A DNA stretch of 63,540 nucleotides, filler included, from Octopus bimaculoides (taxonomy: Eukaryota), in NCBI RefSeq assembly GCF_001194135.2. It is 5 parts of 4 records of this genome, joined end to end, with 100 filler letters (N's around TTAATTAATTAA, not from the genome) between each part and the next. Parts side by side here need not be neighbours in the genome. Positions count along the whole stretch, not along the records: positions 29,172 to 50,731 come from NC_068987.1; positions 50,832 to 62,363 come from NC_068992.1; positions 62,464 to 63,540 come from NC_069004.1; 2 more parts are not named here. One strand, given 5' to 3'. The position numbers and the translations under genes are program-made. This document shows, piece after piece, positions 50,266 to 63,430 of the stretch. The notes beneath the pieces were generated by a model that was not told the DNA's origin, searched no databases, and saw only the letters and a list, made by a program, of their open reading frames with translations. Within the stretch, counting starts at the first letter, position 1. Every line of letters starts with the position of its first letter.

Positions 50266-50893
50266 GAGGTGTATACCGCAGGCCAAGGATAACTTGATTA
50301 AATGAAGTTACCACATTATCGCTAGGCGATCCATCTTCCCCGCAAAAGATCTACAGAATAAATATCAGGCTTATAAAAACTAAGCACTGGGGTCGATACA
50401 TTCGACTAAAAATTCTCCAATGCGGCGCTCCAGCATGGCTGCATTCTAATGATTGATGCAATTAAAAATGATAATGAAACGACTACACGTGTTTCATAAC
50501 CAAAGTTTTAAATAGAAAAAATATTTAAATCGATTAAAAACTAATTCTATCCCTAATATTATATATATATATATATATATAGAAAAAAATTAAGGTACTC
50601 AGAAATCTGGATGTTTGTACATTTACAGATTTTGATTAATGTCGCATATTAAATAAAGCGCTTTTCACCTAGTCGTGTAGGATTTTCAAATTGTTAAAAA
50701 ACAATTTGAAAATCCTACACGACTAGGTGAANNNNNNNNNNNNNNNNNNNNNNNNNNNNNNNNNNNNNNNNNNNNTTAATTAATTAANNNNNNNNNNNNN
50801 NNNNNNNNNNNNNNNNNNNNNNNNNNNNNNNATATATATATATTTATATATATATACACATAAATATATGTGTGTGTGTATGTGTGTGTGTGT

Positions 50894-50933
<40 letters not shown>

Positions 50934-50984
50934 ATGTATGTATTGTGTGTCTGTGTCATTGTGTTTGTCCAACACCAACCGACA

Positions 50985-51170
50985 GCGGTCATGATGGGAC
51001 ACCGCCTCAAACAAACTAACCCCAGTACCCAGTATCTGTTTAAGCCCATTACTTATTTTGTCGGCTCTTTTGCCGGGCTCCTAATTTATGCGGACATTAA
51101 CAAAGTGACACCGGTCGTCAAATGTTATGGGGGGGGGGGACAAACACACCACAAACATGCAGGCACCCGC
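50985..51170 (-). mobile_element. SINE family A 3' part, degenerate
   Basis: TACTTATTTTGTCGGCTCTTTTGCCG...CACCGGTCGTCAAATG...GGGGGACAAACAC. Confidence 0.65.
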
Positions 51171-51338
51171 CTACATAGTTTTTTATGCATTGATTTTAAA
51201 TGAACACAATACGTAATTATGCCTATAGCTTTGCAGTCCCGTCATGCAGCAGAGCTCTTTGTATTTAGATTATTTACATTATTTACATTTGACGGATATT
51301 TTCCCCATCTTCTTTGTTGTTATAAGCCATAAAATTCA

Positions 51339-51437
51339 CTCCATATGGCGTAGTGGTTAAAGCGCGGGCTACTAACCCCAAGATTCCGAGTTCAATTTCA
51401 GACAGTGGCCTGAGTAATAATAATAATAATAATAATA

Positions 51438-51510
<73 letters not shown>

Positions 51511-51608
51511 AAGAAGAAGAACGAAAAATACCTTAGGAATGAGAACCCAGGTTCGAAATTTCCCCCAAACACCCGAGGAAAGTTGGAGAGTATATCAGCC
51601 GAAACGTT
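51339..51608 (+). mobile_element. SINE family C, truncated at the HHR-like site; its missing tail lies inverted at 51270-51322
   Basis: The sequence runs GGCGTAGTGGTTAAAGCGCGGGCTACTAACCCCAAGATTCCGAGTTCAATT, (TAA)n(AGA)n, ACCTTAGGAATGAGAACCCAGGTTCGAAATTTCCCC...CAGCCGAAACGTT. Confidence 0.88.
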
Positions 51609-52130
51609 AGTTTCTTGCTTTAGAGATATAATTTATAAATCTGCTAATTTATTGTACATTTAAAGCATGAAAGTACAAATAGCTGTTTGTTCAAATTAGT
51701 TGTATTAAATGAAAGGTTATGTAATATATGCATATACCCATTCATNNNNNNNNNNNNNNNNNNNNNNNNNNNNNNNNNNNNNNNNNNNNNNNNNNNNNNN
51801 NNNNNNNNNNNNNNNNNNNNNNNNNNNNNNNNNNNNNNNNNNNNNNNNNNNNNNNNNNNNNNNNNNNNNNNNNNNNNNNNNNNNNNNNNNNNNNNNNNNN
51901 NNNNNNNNNNNNNNNNNNNNNNNNNNNNNNNNNNNNNNNNNNNNNNNNNNNNNNNNNNNNNNNNNNNNNNNNNNNNNNNNNNNNNNNNNNNNNNNNNNNN
52001 NNNNNNNNNNNNNNNNNNNNNNNNNNNNNNNNNNNNNNNNNNNNNNNNNNNNNNNNNNNNNNNNNNNNNNNNNNNNNNNNNNNNNNNNNNNNNNNNNNNN
52101 NNNNNNNNNNNNNNNNNNNNNNNNNNNNNN

Positions 52131-52188
<58 letters not shown>

Positions 52189-53214
52189 TGTGTGTATGCA
52201 TGTATGTATGTACATATACATAAGTACTTAAGTGGATGTATATATTCGTACATGCTTGCCTACATACAAATATACATTTATACATACCTTAGCAATTTTG
52301 TTAGCGACTTTCTCACCTTAACAATAAAGTTTTCTCATTATATATCTTTCCACACTGCCTCCATCTTTCACTCTATTCTAACTATTCTAAATATATTCTC
52401 ATCTCTTCGTTCTTTTTTTTTTTTTTTTTGCTTCATTACTTATATCTTCTATTGTTCGTCTTCATCGTCATCACCTTACACTTTTATCGTCGTTCTTCAT
52501 TCCTTTTTTTTTTAACCTTCTCATTTCTGAACAATGTCTCAACCACGCCTATCGCAGTTGCAGATTAACTACTACATACGACATCATAAGATATCAGACA
52601 TGAAAACTCTTTAACTATTTCTTTTACAGATGTGCCGGCAACAAAACAATTTTCTATTTCAAGTATCAACGACTTACTCCTTCTATAGACAACTTCAGTA
52701 TAACATATTTAGAATCCATCTCGTTATTACTGTCTTATGAAAGAGAGTTGTTCGTGTTACTGCATATACTTATTATTGTTTTTTGTTTTTCTTTTTCTTA
52801 TTCTCACATTGTTGCAGTTCTACAATTCCCAATACTAGTCTTTCCATCTTTTTTCCTTCCCTGTGCTTGTTGTATATGTAGCTTAATCGTTTTTCTGCCT
52901 CTTACTTTCTATCGACGTTTTACTAGAGAAATGTTTTGTCATTTCCGCAGCAATGGCTTATGTTGTTACTGCTGTTTTGTAGATTCCTGCTCTTGGATGA
53001 TGTAGCAGTTCTCATTGATATATCCCGTTACCGAAACCGAATAGAAAAGATCTAACATGAAAGCTAAATCCATATGTAACGATTCACAACTATTTTGTTT
53101 TTGTGTTTCAAGGATTATAACCTCTGTAATGCCCGTTCTTTAAATATTAAAGTGAGTCATTTAGGGACGTCTGGGTTGCTATTTCTAGGTGGTCAAGTTA
53201 TCGTCTGTCCTTTG

Positions 53215-53430
53215 TCATCTTTTACTTGTTTCAGTGATTACACTGAAGCCATGCTGGAGCAACTCCTTGAAAGGTCGAGCGAATTACTTCATATTTTTCC
53301 TTTTAAATCCGGTACTTATTCTATCTGTTTCTTTTGCCGAACCGCTAAGTTACAAGAACGTAAACAAATCAATGCCGATTGTCCAGCGATGGAAATGTGG
53401 GTTGGTGGGACAGACACAAAGACCCCCCCC

Positions 53431-53502
<72 letters not shown>

Positions 53503-53668
53503 GATAAGATTCTACGCAGTTTCCGTCTACCAAATTAATTTACAAAGGATTGGCGGCACGAGGATATTATAGATGACACTTAATCAAAGTACCGCACCTT
53601 GGGATTGAACCATGCACCACGTGATTGTATAGCGAGATTTTTAACCACGCAGTCATGCTTGTGCCTAT
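53215..53668 (-). mobile_element. SINE family A, full length, diverged
   Basis: TTTTACTTGTTTCAGT...GCCATGCTGGAGCA...TCTTTTGCCGAACCGCTAAGTTAC...(TA)n...GTTTCCGTCTACCAAAT. Confidence 0.85.
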
Positions 53669-53698
53669 GTAGGAGACTTTCTTCTGTAGTCGATTATA

Positions 53699-54027
53699 TG
53701 TGAAGGCGCGTGGCTTAGTAGCTTGGGTATTCTGTTCGAGATCGTAAGGTTGTCAGTTCGACACCTAGGGGGCGTGGTGTGACCTTCAGCATGATGCTTT
53801 ATTTTGCGTTGTCCTAGTTTACTTACCTTGGGGAAAATGAGTTGTACCAGCAGATCAATGGGCCAGCCCCATCACATTCTATGTCACACTGAGCCTCTCT
53901 GAGAACGACTTTAAACGTTATGCAAGTCTGTGGAGTGCTCAGCCACTTTCACGTTAATTTCACGAGCAAGCTGTTGCGTTGAGCGGATTAATTGGAACAC
54001 TCGTCGTCGTAACCGACGGAGTACCAG
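53699..54027 (+). mobile_element. Probable tRNA-derived SINE (family E)
   Basis: The head GGCGCGTGGCTTAGTAG...AGTTCGACACCT is A/B-box-like. It is followed by a core-like central block and a GC-rich tail ending CTCGTCGTCGTAACCGACGGAGTACC. Single copy here. Confidence 0.6.
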
Positions 54028-56079
54028 CTGATGCTTTAGTTATTCTCATTCATGCAGTTGCTTGTTGTAGGGTTGATACAATGGCAGATAATTATACTTG
54101 TATAACACTGATGTAACACACAGTATGAAATCATGCTTCCTCGGTTTCTCGAGTTCAAATTTCAAGCAGATCCAATTTTCTTTTAATTTTCGCTAATCTA
54201 AACCCACCGCCTTCCACTCCACAAGTTCAAATTTCAAACGCTATTTTTCTTTTAATCTTTCCCACTCACAGAGAAGCTGAGATGTTCATTGATACAATTA
54301 TTCTTTTTCATTAAACACCATCACCATCGCCCTTGTTGACGCCTTCGTCTGCCTTGTCGTTTTCGACGTTGTTCTTGTTGTTGCCGTTCCAACCATTCTT
54401 TCCTTCTTTCGTTCTCCTGTTTTATTTCTATTTACTTTTCATACTCTGGATTTCATATACTTGTTCAAAACATTGTTGCATCAGTTGTTGTTAATTTGTT
54501 ATTGCTGTTAGTGTAGTTGCATCGATATTTCTTTGCTATACTCAACGTTTTGTGTTTGCAGCCTACGCGTTTGTTGTTGTTGTTTGTTTTTGTCGTCGTC
54601 GTTGTTGTTGTTATGTACCGATGCTGCTCGTGTCTGCTGCAGCAGTTGTTGTTTCAGTTATTTATTTGTTCTACAAGATGCTTAAATCTCGTTTTTCTCG
54701 CTATGTTAATTTCTTCCTTTTGTTATTTCTTCTTATTCGATGCCTTTCTCTCTTTCTCTCTCTTCACATTACTGTATTTGTATTTCTATATATCTGTGTC
54801 AATTTGTGTGCATGTTTGTTTCTGTGTGTGTACGTAAAAGTGTATGTGTGTTTGCATTTGTATACGCTTGTGTAAATATGGGTGTAAATTGTCTTTTTTT
54901 CCTCTGTGTGTGAATATGTGTATTAGTATGTGTACTTGTGCGTGTGAATATATGCGAATGGAACTCTGTATGTGCATAGATGTCATTTGGTCTCTTAGTT
55001 CCTATTTCTCTTCGCTGCAATTGTGAATACCGTCGCCATTGGTAACAATCGCAGTTATGGCGGCTTATAGCTTTCCCAGTTACTAATGATGCTTTTACAG
55101 TAATTTTTAGCTCTTGTGGTTCTTTTAGTTTTTATTGACATTGTTCTTATTATCATTTATAAGTGATATTTTCTGAAACTTACTGGATCTTATCTGCATT
55201 GCCCTTTTCTTTATATTAATTCATCATGTTATTCTCTATTTTTATACATGTATATTATCCTAAACAGAAGGAATTTTTTTAAAAATTAATAATACAACGA
55301 TGGAAGTTGAGTGAGTGGGTGTATGAAAAACGGAATTGGAAACGGAAGGATAAACAAAAAAAAAAAGAGAATGGAAACGAGAGTGAGTGAGTTTATGGTT
55401 AAAAGTTTTGTTGAAATATAAGTATACAATAATTTATCTTTCCTGTGTATACGTCAAAAAGCGCATAAAAAAATATTTTCACTTGCATGCTTATATCAAT
55501 GCAAGTGATATGTATATAAGCAAGCATGTATGTGCATATGTAAGTATATATGAGGATATACACAGGTATTTAGAAAATGCTTATGCTGTTGTATTTTGAA
55601 GGGAATATTTTTGTGTAAATAAATATGAGGTGCCAGCAAATGCGTTATTCAATCCTATTGGACAAGTGACGTTTTTATATGGCTGTGTGTGTGTACGCGC
55701 ATACGTATCTCTCTATTTGCCCCTCCGTTGGTTATTGAAGTCCCCGTAAACTAGCAGTTCAGCACAAACAACGGTGGGAAGAAGACTAAAACTTAGAAAT
55801 AAAAAAAAATCACTTGCCCAATGTGCCGCACAGCTACTTCTGCGTCTATATGTATATGTTACGATACCAAAGAAAGCTGGGGGTGAGTTTCATGCAGTCA
55901 GTTTTATTCAGTTGAAGACCATTATTACACACAGTAGGAAGGGTTACACAAAAAGATATTGATAATCATAAACAGGGGGAAGGAATGCAATGAGAAGGAC
56001 GACGATGACGACGAAAAGCATGCGATAAGGAATTGCACGGTGATGATAATGATACTGATGTTGGTGGTCATAATGCTGA

Positions 56080-56175
56080 CGATGATGATGATGATGATGA
56101 CGATGACGATGACGATGACGATGATGATGGTGGTGGTGGTGGCGGTGGTGATGATGACGATGACGATGATGACAG
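56080..56175. repeat. Compound (GAT/GAC)n(GGT)n microsatellite
   Basis: Direct reading. It gives the spurious poly-D/G and poly-I ORFs. Confidence 0.9.
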
Positions 56176-56324
56176 TGATGGCGGTGATAATGAAGACAGC
56201 AACAATGCTGAGTGCGACAAAAATAGATATAGCTGTAAATATTGTCACAAAGTACTAATCATTGTCAGGTCTGGGAGAAGTGTTGAAAACGATGTGTTGA
56301 TCATGATGTAAGTCTCGATAATTA

Positions 56325-56468
56325 TGACACTAATTTCAAATTCTGGCACAAGGCCAGCAATTAATTCAATGGCAGATGTTAGTCCATTACATCGACCCAA
56401 ATGCTCAGCTGGTACTTATTTTATAGACCCCGAAAGAATGATAGGCAAAGTTGACCTCGGTGAAGTTT
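56325..56468 (-). mobile_element. SINE family B, 3' part
   Basis: TTTCAAATTCTGGCACAAGGCC...ACATCGACCC...GGTACTTATTTTATAGACCCCGAAAG...AAAGTTGACCTCGG. Confidence 0.8.
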
Positions 56469-56619
56469 AACATTTAAATATATATGAGCATGCCTAGATA
56501 TGCAACTGTATGCATGAGCATACACACATTAAACAAAATATAAAAATCTGCTTGTATATATGCATACAATCATATATACATATATACATATACACGCATA
56601 TACAAACATACATGTATAC

Positions 56620-57017
56620 GCGCAGGAGTGGCTGTGTGGTAAGTAGCTTGGTTACCAACCACATGGTTCCGGGTTCAGTCCCACTGCGTGGGACCTTTGG
56701 CAAGTGTCTTCTACTATAGCCTCGGGCCGACCAAGGCCTTGTGAGTGGATTTGGTAGACGGAAACTGAAAGAAGCCCGTCGTATATATGTATATATATGT
56801 ATGTGTGTTTGTGTGTCTGTGTTTGTCCCCCCACCATCGCTTGACAACCGATGCTGGTGTGTTTACGTCCACGTAACTTACCGGTTCGGCAAAAAGAGTC
56901 CGATAGAATAAGTACTAGGCTTACAAAGAATAAGTCCTGGGGTCGATTAGCTCGACTAAAAGCGGTGCTCCAGCATGGCCGCAGTCAAATGACTGAAACA
57001 AGTAAAAGAGTAAAAGA
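56620..57017 (+). mobile_element. SINE family A, full length, young-looking
   Basis: GCGCAGGAGTGGCTGTGTGGTAAGTAGC...GGTTCAGTCCCAC...GCAGTCAAATGACTGAAACAAGTAAAAGAGTAAAAGAG. Confidence 0.95.
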
Positions 57018-57316
57018 GAGAGAGAGTATACATACATACGTACATATATACATACATACATGCATGCATACGTACATACATACATACAAGCGTTGGAATG
57101 CAGTGAGATCTACATGGTTCTGATCTCTGTCCTACTACGTGACATATTGGGCAAGTGTCTACTGCAATAGCAACGGGCAGTCCAAAGTCTGGTGAGCGGA
57201 TTTAGCAGACGAAAACTAAAGGTACCACATGAAATATATGTCCGTGTATGCGTGTGTGTGTGCGTGTGTGTGTCGTGTATGCATAAGCATATATCTATTT
57301 ATATATAATATATAGA

Positions 57317-57364
<48 letters not shown>

Positions 57365-58083
57365 NNNNNNNNNNNNNNNNNNNNNNNNNNNNNNNNNNNN
57401 NNNNNNNNNNNNNNNNNNNNNNNNNNNNNNNNNNNNNNNNNNNNNNNNNNNNNNNNNNNNNNNNNNNNNNNNNNNNNNNNNNNNNNNNNNNNNNNNNNNN
57501 NNNNNNNNNNNNNNNNNNNNNNNNNNNNNNNNNNNNNNNNNNNNNNNNNNNNNNNNNNNNNNNNNNNNNNNNNNNNNNNNNNNNNNNNNNNNNNNNNNNN
57601 NNNNNNNNNNNNNNNNNNNNNNNNNNNNNNNNNNNNNNNNNNNNNNNNNNNNNNNNNNNNNNNNNNNNNNNNNNNNNNNNNNNNNNNNNNNNNNNNNNNN
57701 NNNNNNNNNNNNNNNNNNNNNNNNNNNNNNNNNNNNNNNNNNNNNNNNNNNNNNNNNNNNNNNNNNNNNNNNNNNNNNNNNNNNNNNNNNNNNNNNNNNN
57801 NNNNNNNNNNNNNNNNNNNNNNNNNNNNNNNNNNNNNNNNNNNNNNNNNNNNNNNNNNNNNNNNNNNNNNNNNNNNNNNNNNNNNNNNNNNNNNNNNNNN
57901 NNNNNNNNNNNNNNNNNNNNNNNNNNNNNNNNNNNNNNNNNNNNNNNNNNNNNNNNNNNNNNNNNNNNNNNNNNNNNNNNNNNNNNNNNNNNNNNNNNNN
58001 NNNNNNNNNNNNNNNNNNNNNNNNNNNNNNNNNNNNNNNNNNNNNNNNNNNNNNNNNNNNNNNNNNNNNNNNNNNNNNNNNNG

Positions 58084-58338
58084 TTACAAGTCTATGCTTA
58101 AAATGGTGTCGTCTTTCATTCTTACCATTCTTGCCACATTTACCCATTTTTTATTGAAACTTTCATTCGACAACACCTTCCTCTCTATCCTCATCCTCCT
58201 TTTCAAGTGGTACTTGAAAAAGTTGACGAGGGATTGACCAGAGAGGAAAGTGTTTGTTTGTAGACCTTTCAAACGCATCCACCACACGCATTCTTTTGCC
58301 ATAGCTATCAGTGTTACAAAAACCGTTTTTTCTTCCCG
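58084..58338 (-). mobile_element. Tx1-like LINE ORF2 extreme C-terminus, 5'-truncated at (CTAT)n
   Basis: TLIAMAKECVWWMRLKG..NTFLSGQSLVNFFKYHLKRRMRIER is homologous to AAVLKVCVWRTRMKG..PFVSGQGLLTYFRYHLKSKM at 40880-41010. Confidence 0.85.

Positions 58339-58339
<1 letters not shown>

Positions 58340-58397
<58 letters not shown>
58340..58397. repeat. (TAGA)n microsatellite
   Basis: Direct reading. Confidence 0.95.
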
Positions 58398-59008
58398 CGA
58401 GAGAGAGATACGTGCATATATATGGGTGTATATATGTGTATATACATCCACATACACACACTGCAGAATCATACCCGTCCGGCTTTCCTGCTCTACAAGA
58501 TTCTGCCGCACGTCACATCCGTAAAACGGTTGCATTACATGTAGGGTAATTTCCGATAGTTAGTTATGTTGGTAGAAAGCATTATAGTAAAATATTGTAG
58601 AATATTATAGAATATTACATTTGAAGAAAACTATATACACTGCATCACAAGTATATATCTTGAAGATCTAAGATGATGAAAGATAGCTTTGACGATGACT
58701 ATTTTAATTCAGTAAAACAAAAATTAAAAGATTGAGTTAAACACCATCAAAACATTTTGATCGGGTCGTATCAACTTTGTCGACCGTTGGTCTTAGATTC
58801 TGCTGACTTATTAAACGTTAATATACGTATATCACACATCACACACTTCCGCTGGAATAAACCATTTTAACGTTTCAAAATGCTGAAACGGTGGAACATG
58901 AAACACAGTCCAATATCGCTAGTATATATATATATGTGTATGTATGTGTATGTGTGCGTGTGTATGTGTATTTTTATACATACAGCAATGCACACACGCA
59001 CGCACACG

Positions 59009-59055
<47 letters not shown>

Positions 59056-60151
59056 ATATANNNNNNNNNNTATATACACATACATATATACACATACATA
59101 TATACACATACATACATACACATGTATATATATATATATATATACACATATATATATATATGTATGTATGTATTATGTATATAACAAGGAATGTGGAAAA
59201 GTAGATAAACGTAACTGAGAGAGAGAGAGAGAGGAGAGATGGAGAGGGAGAGAAAGAAAGAAAGAAAGAGAGAAAGGCTGAGAGAATGAACCGGCAGAAA
59301 AATAGGATTATGTATTATACATATATATATACAAGAGAGTGCATATATACGTATATGTATGTATATGTATTTATTTATATAGAGGAGAGAGAGATATAGA
59401 GAGGGTCGTAATATGTATGTGCATGTGTGTGTGAGTATGAGTGTGTATGTTAAAAAGAGAAGGGAATGTAATTCAAATGAAGAAGGAAGGAGATATATAG
59501 AAAGAAACTTTATCTTGTAATGGAATATGATTTACATTTTCCCATCATACTTTCGGTTATTCTTACATCGTTGTTTCCCTTTTGATAAGATCTTTTTGAA
59601 ATCTCATGATTCTAATATTTAAGGGGTTTTCTGCTTTGCGTTCGCAAACCTAACTACAATGCGTGTCATGTTGTACAGGCAATTAATCATTGCATTTATT
59701 CTCCAATGTAGAATTGTTCTGTTACACCACGAGAGTGGCACGAATTGCAGCAACCATTTTATGGTACTGACGTGTTTGTGTTACAATATTCAACCATCAC
59801 ACAACATAGAGTGTATTACTGCTTGAGCGTGCATAAGCGGCTAAACTTCATTCGGTTGTTTAAGGTGACAATTACTGCTTCCTTTGGAAAAGAAATTATT
59901 AACATAAATATTCTTTACAACGGCACATGCATGCATACATATATACATATATATATANNNNNNNNNNNNNNNNNNNNNNNNNNNNNNNNNNNNNNNNNNN
60001 NNNNNNNTATATATCGTATCATCAACTCAAATTACGCAATTACGCTTGATAAATTGCAGTATTTGGTACTTGATTTTAAATTAAAAACTATGGCACGACT
60101 TATAAATAATTAAATACAGTTATAACCCCATATTACACGCACACATACACG

Positions 60152-60198
<47 letters not shown>

Positions 60199-60489
60199 AT
60201 ACATTTCACTGAGGTACTGCGAACCTGGGGTAGAATTCAATATACATATATTTCACTGCATTCTATAGCAGAAATACCTCGAGAAAACTTCAATGTGACA
60301 CGCTTCAACAATTGTGGAAAAGAAACTGGATATTATACAGACGATCCCATGATCGTGGGCCGAATATCCTAAATCAGTAGGCTACGTGCCTTCACAATAC
60401 CCTCTGGTAGTCCACTGAAATTTGTTTAAGACCGTGAACAATAAAACGCAAAGTGAATCACTGAATAATTTGAAGTATGGTCAAGCGTT

Positions 60490-60630
60490 TCATCAATCGC
60501 AGTACTTTATTGGTACTTATTTAATCGACCTCCGAAGTCAAAGTTGATCTCCGCGGGATTTGATCTCAGAACGTAAAGAACCATCAAGCAGTTCCTGCGA
60601 CGTGCTAAGATCCTGCCAACCCGTCACCAG
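60490..60630 (-). mobile_element. SINE family B, degenerate
   Basis: GGTACTTATTTAATCGACC...GCGGGATTTGATCTCAGAACGTAAAG...CGTGCTAAG. Confidence 0.7.
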
Positions 60631-60711
60631 GAAATAATACACTTGTAGATATTTCTTTCATTACTGGCAAGATTTGAACTTAAAACGTAATCAGTGAGTA
60701 CTGTAATATAT

Positions 60712-60862
60712 TTATCCGAATTCAAATTCCGCCGAGGTCGACTTTGCATTTCATCTTTTCAGAGTCGATAAATTAAGTACCAGTTGCATAATGGAGTCGA
60801 TCAAATCGACTGGTCCCCTACCCAAAAATGTCGGGCCTTGCGCCTAGGATAGAAAAGAATAT
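60712..60862 (+). mobile_element. SINE family B, 5'-truncated
   Basis: TTCAAATTCCGCCGAGGTCGACTTTGC...GTCGATAAATTAAGTACCAG...CGGGCCTTGCGCCTAG. Confidence 0.85.
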
Positions 60863-61176
60863 ATTTAATATATTTATCCAACAAACCACAGTTTCTACTT
60901 CTAACGTCTTTTTGTGTGCTTAGAATAATAAAATAGAAATTGAACGAAGTAAAAATATTTAGCATTGAAAATAAATAAATTCTACATTGTAGATTTAGAT
61001 ATATTCCCCAGAATATTCTTTTGTAGCTTTGAGTCATAGACTGTAAAATTTAGTATATTTATCCTCCAGCTATTTTGAAATTTTATTTCTGCAGCTATGT
61101 TTTATGTACATCTGTGCCATTATACGCACGCGCACACGGAAATGCCTACGCATACATGCACGCTTATATATGTACA

Positions 61177-61207
<31 letters not shown>

Positions 61208-61216
61208 CCCCCACAC

Positions 61217-61299
<83 letters not shown>

Positions 61300-61634
61300 G
61301 ATAGATAAATATATCTATATACATACATACATACATACACACACACATACATACATAGATATATATATACATCGATACATACATACACATAGACTATTCA
61401 TATATATGTACATAAACACATACACACAAATATAAATCTATATATATATATATCTATATTTATATACGTGTGTGTGATTTAGGTTGTATGTATATATGTG
61501 CCATTATACGCATGCGCACACAGAAATGCCTACGCATACATGCACGTTTATCTATCTATCTATCTATCTATCCATCTATCTATCTCTCTATCTATCTCTC
61601 TATCTACCTCTCTATCTATCTCTCTATCTATCTT

Positions 61635-61700
<66 letters not shown>

Positions 61701-62463
61701 CATACACACACACACATATGTACATACATACACATAAACACATACACACAAATATAAATCTATATATCTATACATATGTGTGTGTATGTATATATATATG
61801 TATATACCTATGTGTGTGTGGGTGGGCGTGCACATTTATGTGTTTATTTGGAAAGTTTAATATCTGTAGAAGCCTGCTATGCATTTATATATTTCTAACA
61901 AATATGGAAAAAATATGGAAATATTTTCTTTTTTGTTTTCTGTTTTGCTCGAACCGTAGATTTATAAAGGAAGCGGGGGGTGCAGTCAGGGACACGTCGG
62001 GGTGAGATTTTACAGATATGTAAACAAACAATTCAGAAACAACTAAAACATCCCGAATGTCAAAAATGCCTCCTGAAGTTGTGTAGAAAGTTGTTGGTGT
62101 AAATATCTATCGGCGTTGCAATTAAGTCAACTTGTTTTTAACAATGAATCTATGTCTCTGTTCTTACACGTGTAAATATATCAACATTCATCATTTAAAT
62201 ACTCTGCCATGTTAATGCCTCCGTGCCAAGCAATACCCGCGCATGCGTGCATAAAACATACATATAGACACGGTCTCCACACATTTATACGTTGCACTCA
62301 GATGTGTAAAGTATAATATACACATATATGTGTGTGTATGGTATTATATATATATATATATATNNNNNNNNNNNNNNNNNNNNNNNNNNNNNNNNNNNNN
62401 NNNNNNNTTAATTAATTAANNNNNNNNNNNNNNNNNNNNNNNNNNNNNNNNNNNNNNNNNNNN

Positions 62464-62499
<36 letters not shown>

Positions 62500-62500
62500 C

Positions 62501-62532
<32 letters not shown>

Positions 62533-62539
62533 CGTAGTC

Positions 62540-62592
<53 letters not shown>
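62464..62592. repeat. (GTA)n microsatellite
   Basis: Direct reading. Confidence 0.95.
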
Positions 62593-62593
<1 letters not shown>

Positions 62594-62820
62594 AAATGGC
62601 AGATTGCTTTGCACGATCAGAAAATTCTTAGTAGCGTTTCGTTTGTCTTTATTGTGTTCCTACTTCAAAGGACACCAAGATTAACTTTGTCATTAAGTCA
62701 TTTCAGGTTGACCAAATAAGTGCCGGATGACCCCTGGGGTCCATGTCACTGACTCTCGCCACTATCCCACCATCAAATTTGTTGGAATTGTTTGTGCCAT
62801 GACAAGAAAGAAAGAGCTAT
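62592..62820 (+). mobile_element. SINE family B, old degenerate copy
   Basis: The order of family B blocks is preserved: GAAATTCTTAGTAGCGTTTCG, TTAACTTTGTC, AATAAGTGCC, CTGGGGTCC, AAATTTG...TGTGCC. Confidence 0.55.
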
Positions 62821-62883
62821 TGTTATTATTCCGTATACGCAAAACAGATTAAACCTATGGAAAAGAAAAACTCCTTACGTAAG

Positions 62884-63430
62884 CTAGATGCCAAAAATCC
62901 TCCTCCTAAGTATTCTAGCTGCCCTTAATACCACTGTTTCCTGGCGCTGTACTAAACTCGGTTTTATGCCTATTTTTTCTATCCCTCCGTTCAAATCTCT
63001 CGGGATAGTTTCTAATGCATCTATAACTACAGGGATACATTTTACCAGAACTTTCCATAGTCCCTGTAATTCAATGACTAGGTCCTGGTACTTTGCCATG
63101 AGCACTATCTTTTGAATGTCTGCCATTTTGGGGTTTCCTGGTATCTGACCAAGGGAGGATTCATCCCCTTTTGCTATCATTCCTAGGATACCTATGACAA
63201 CAGGTATTGTTTTAGTCTTAATGGTTCCACATTTTGCCAATTTCTAGTTCTAGATCTTTATACTTGCTCAGTTTTTGGTACTCAGAACGTAGCGACACAC
63301 CCTCACATAGATATGCATGAAAATGTGAATGTAATTTTATATGTGGGATTCCGTTCTTTTTTTTTATATAGTAACAGGCATCGGTGGGTGTGTTGAAATC
63401 TACTATTTGAAAACGTGCTTTCGAGTTCAT
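62884..63430 (-). mobile_element. Non-LTR retrotransposon C-terminal restriction-like endonuclease region (R2/R4/Dong/NeSL type), two fused modules
   Basis: KLSKYKDLELEIGKMW...TIPVVIGILGMI is followed by AKYQDLVIELQGLW...CIPVVIDALETIP...VLRAARILRR. Both match the K-Y-x-D-L...W...PVV-G-LG end of REL-LINEs. Confidence 0.85.

Noticed and set aside
51347-51410. tRNA gene-like sequence (also 3365-3420 and the SINE A/E heads)
   Set aside because: No complete acceptor stem, and each continues into a repeated SINE body; these are SINE heads, not tRNA genes.
55655-55680. Reverse CCAAT plus TGACGT as a promoter
   Set aside because: Such short motifs are expected by chance, and there is no downstream gene evidence.
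55925-56311. Poly-Asp/Gly, poly-Met and poly-Ile ORFs resembling acidic or biomineral proteins
   Set aside because: All frames are open simply because of the GAT/GGT microsatellite. There is no splice or homology support.
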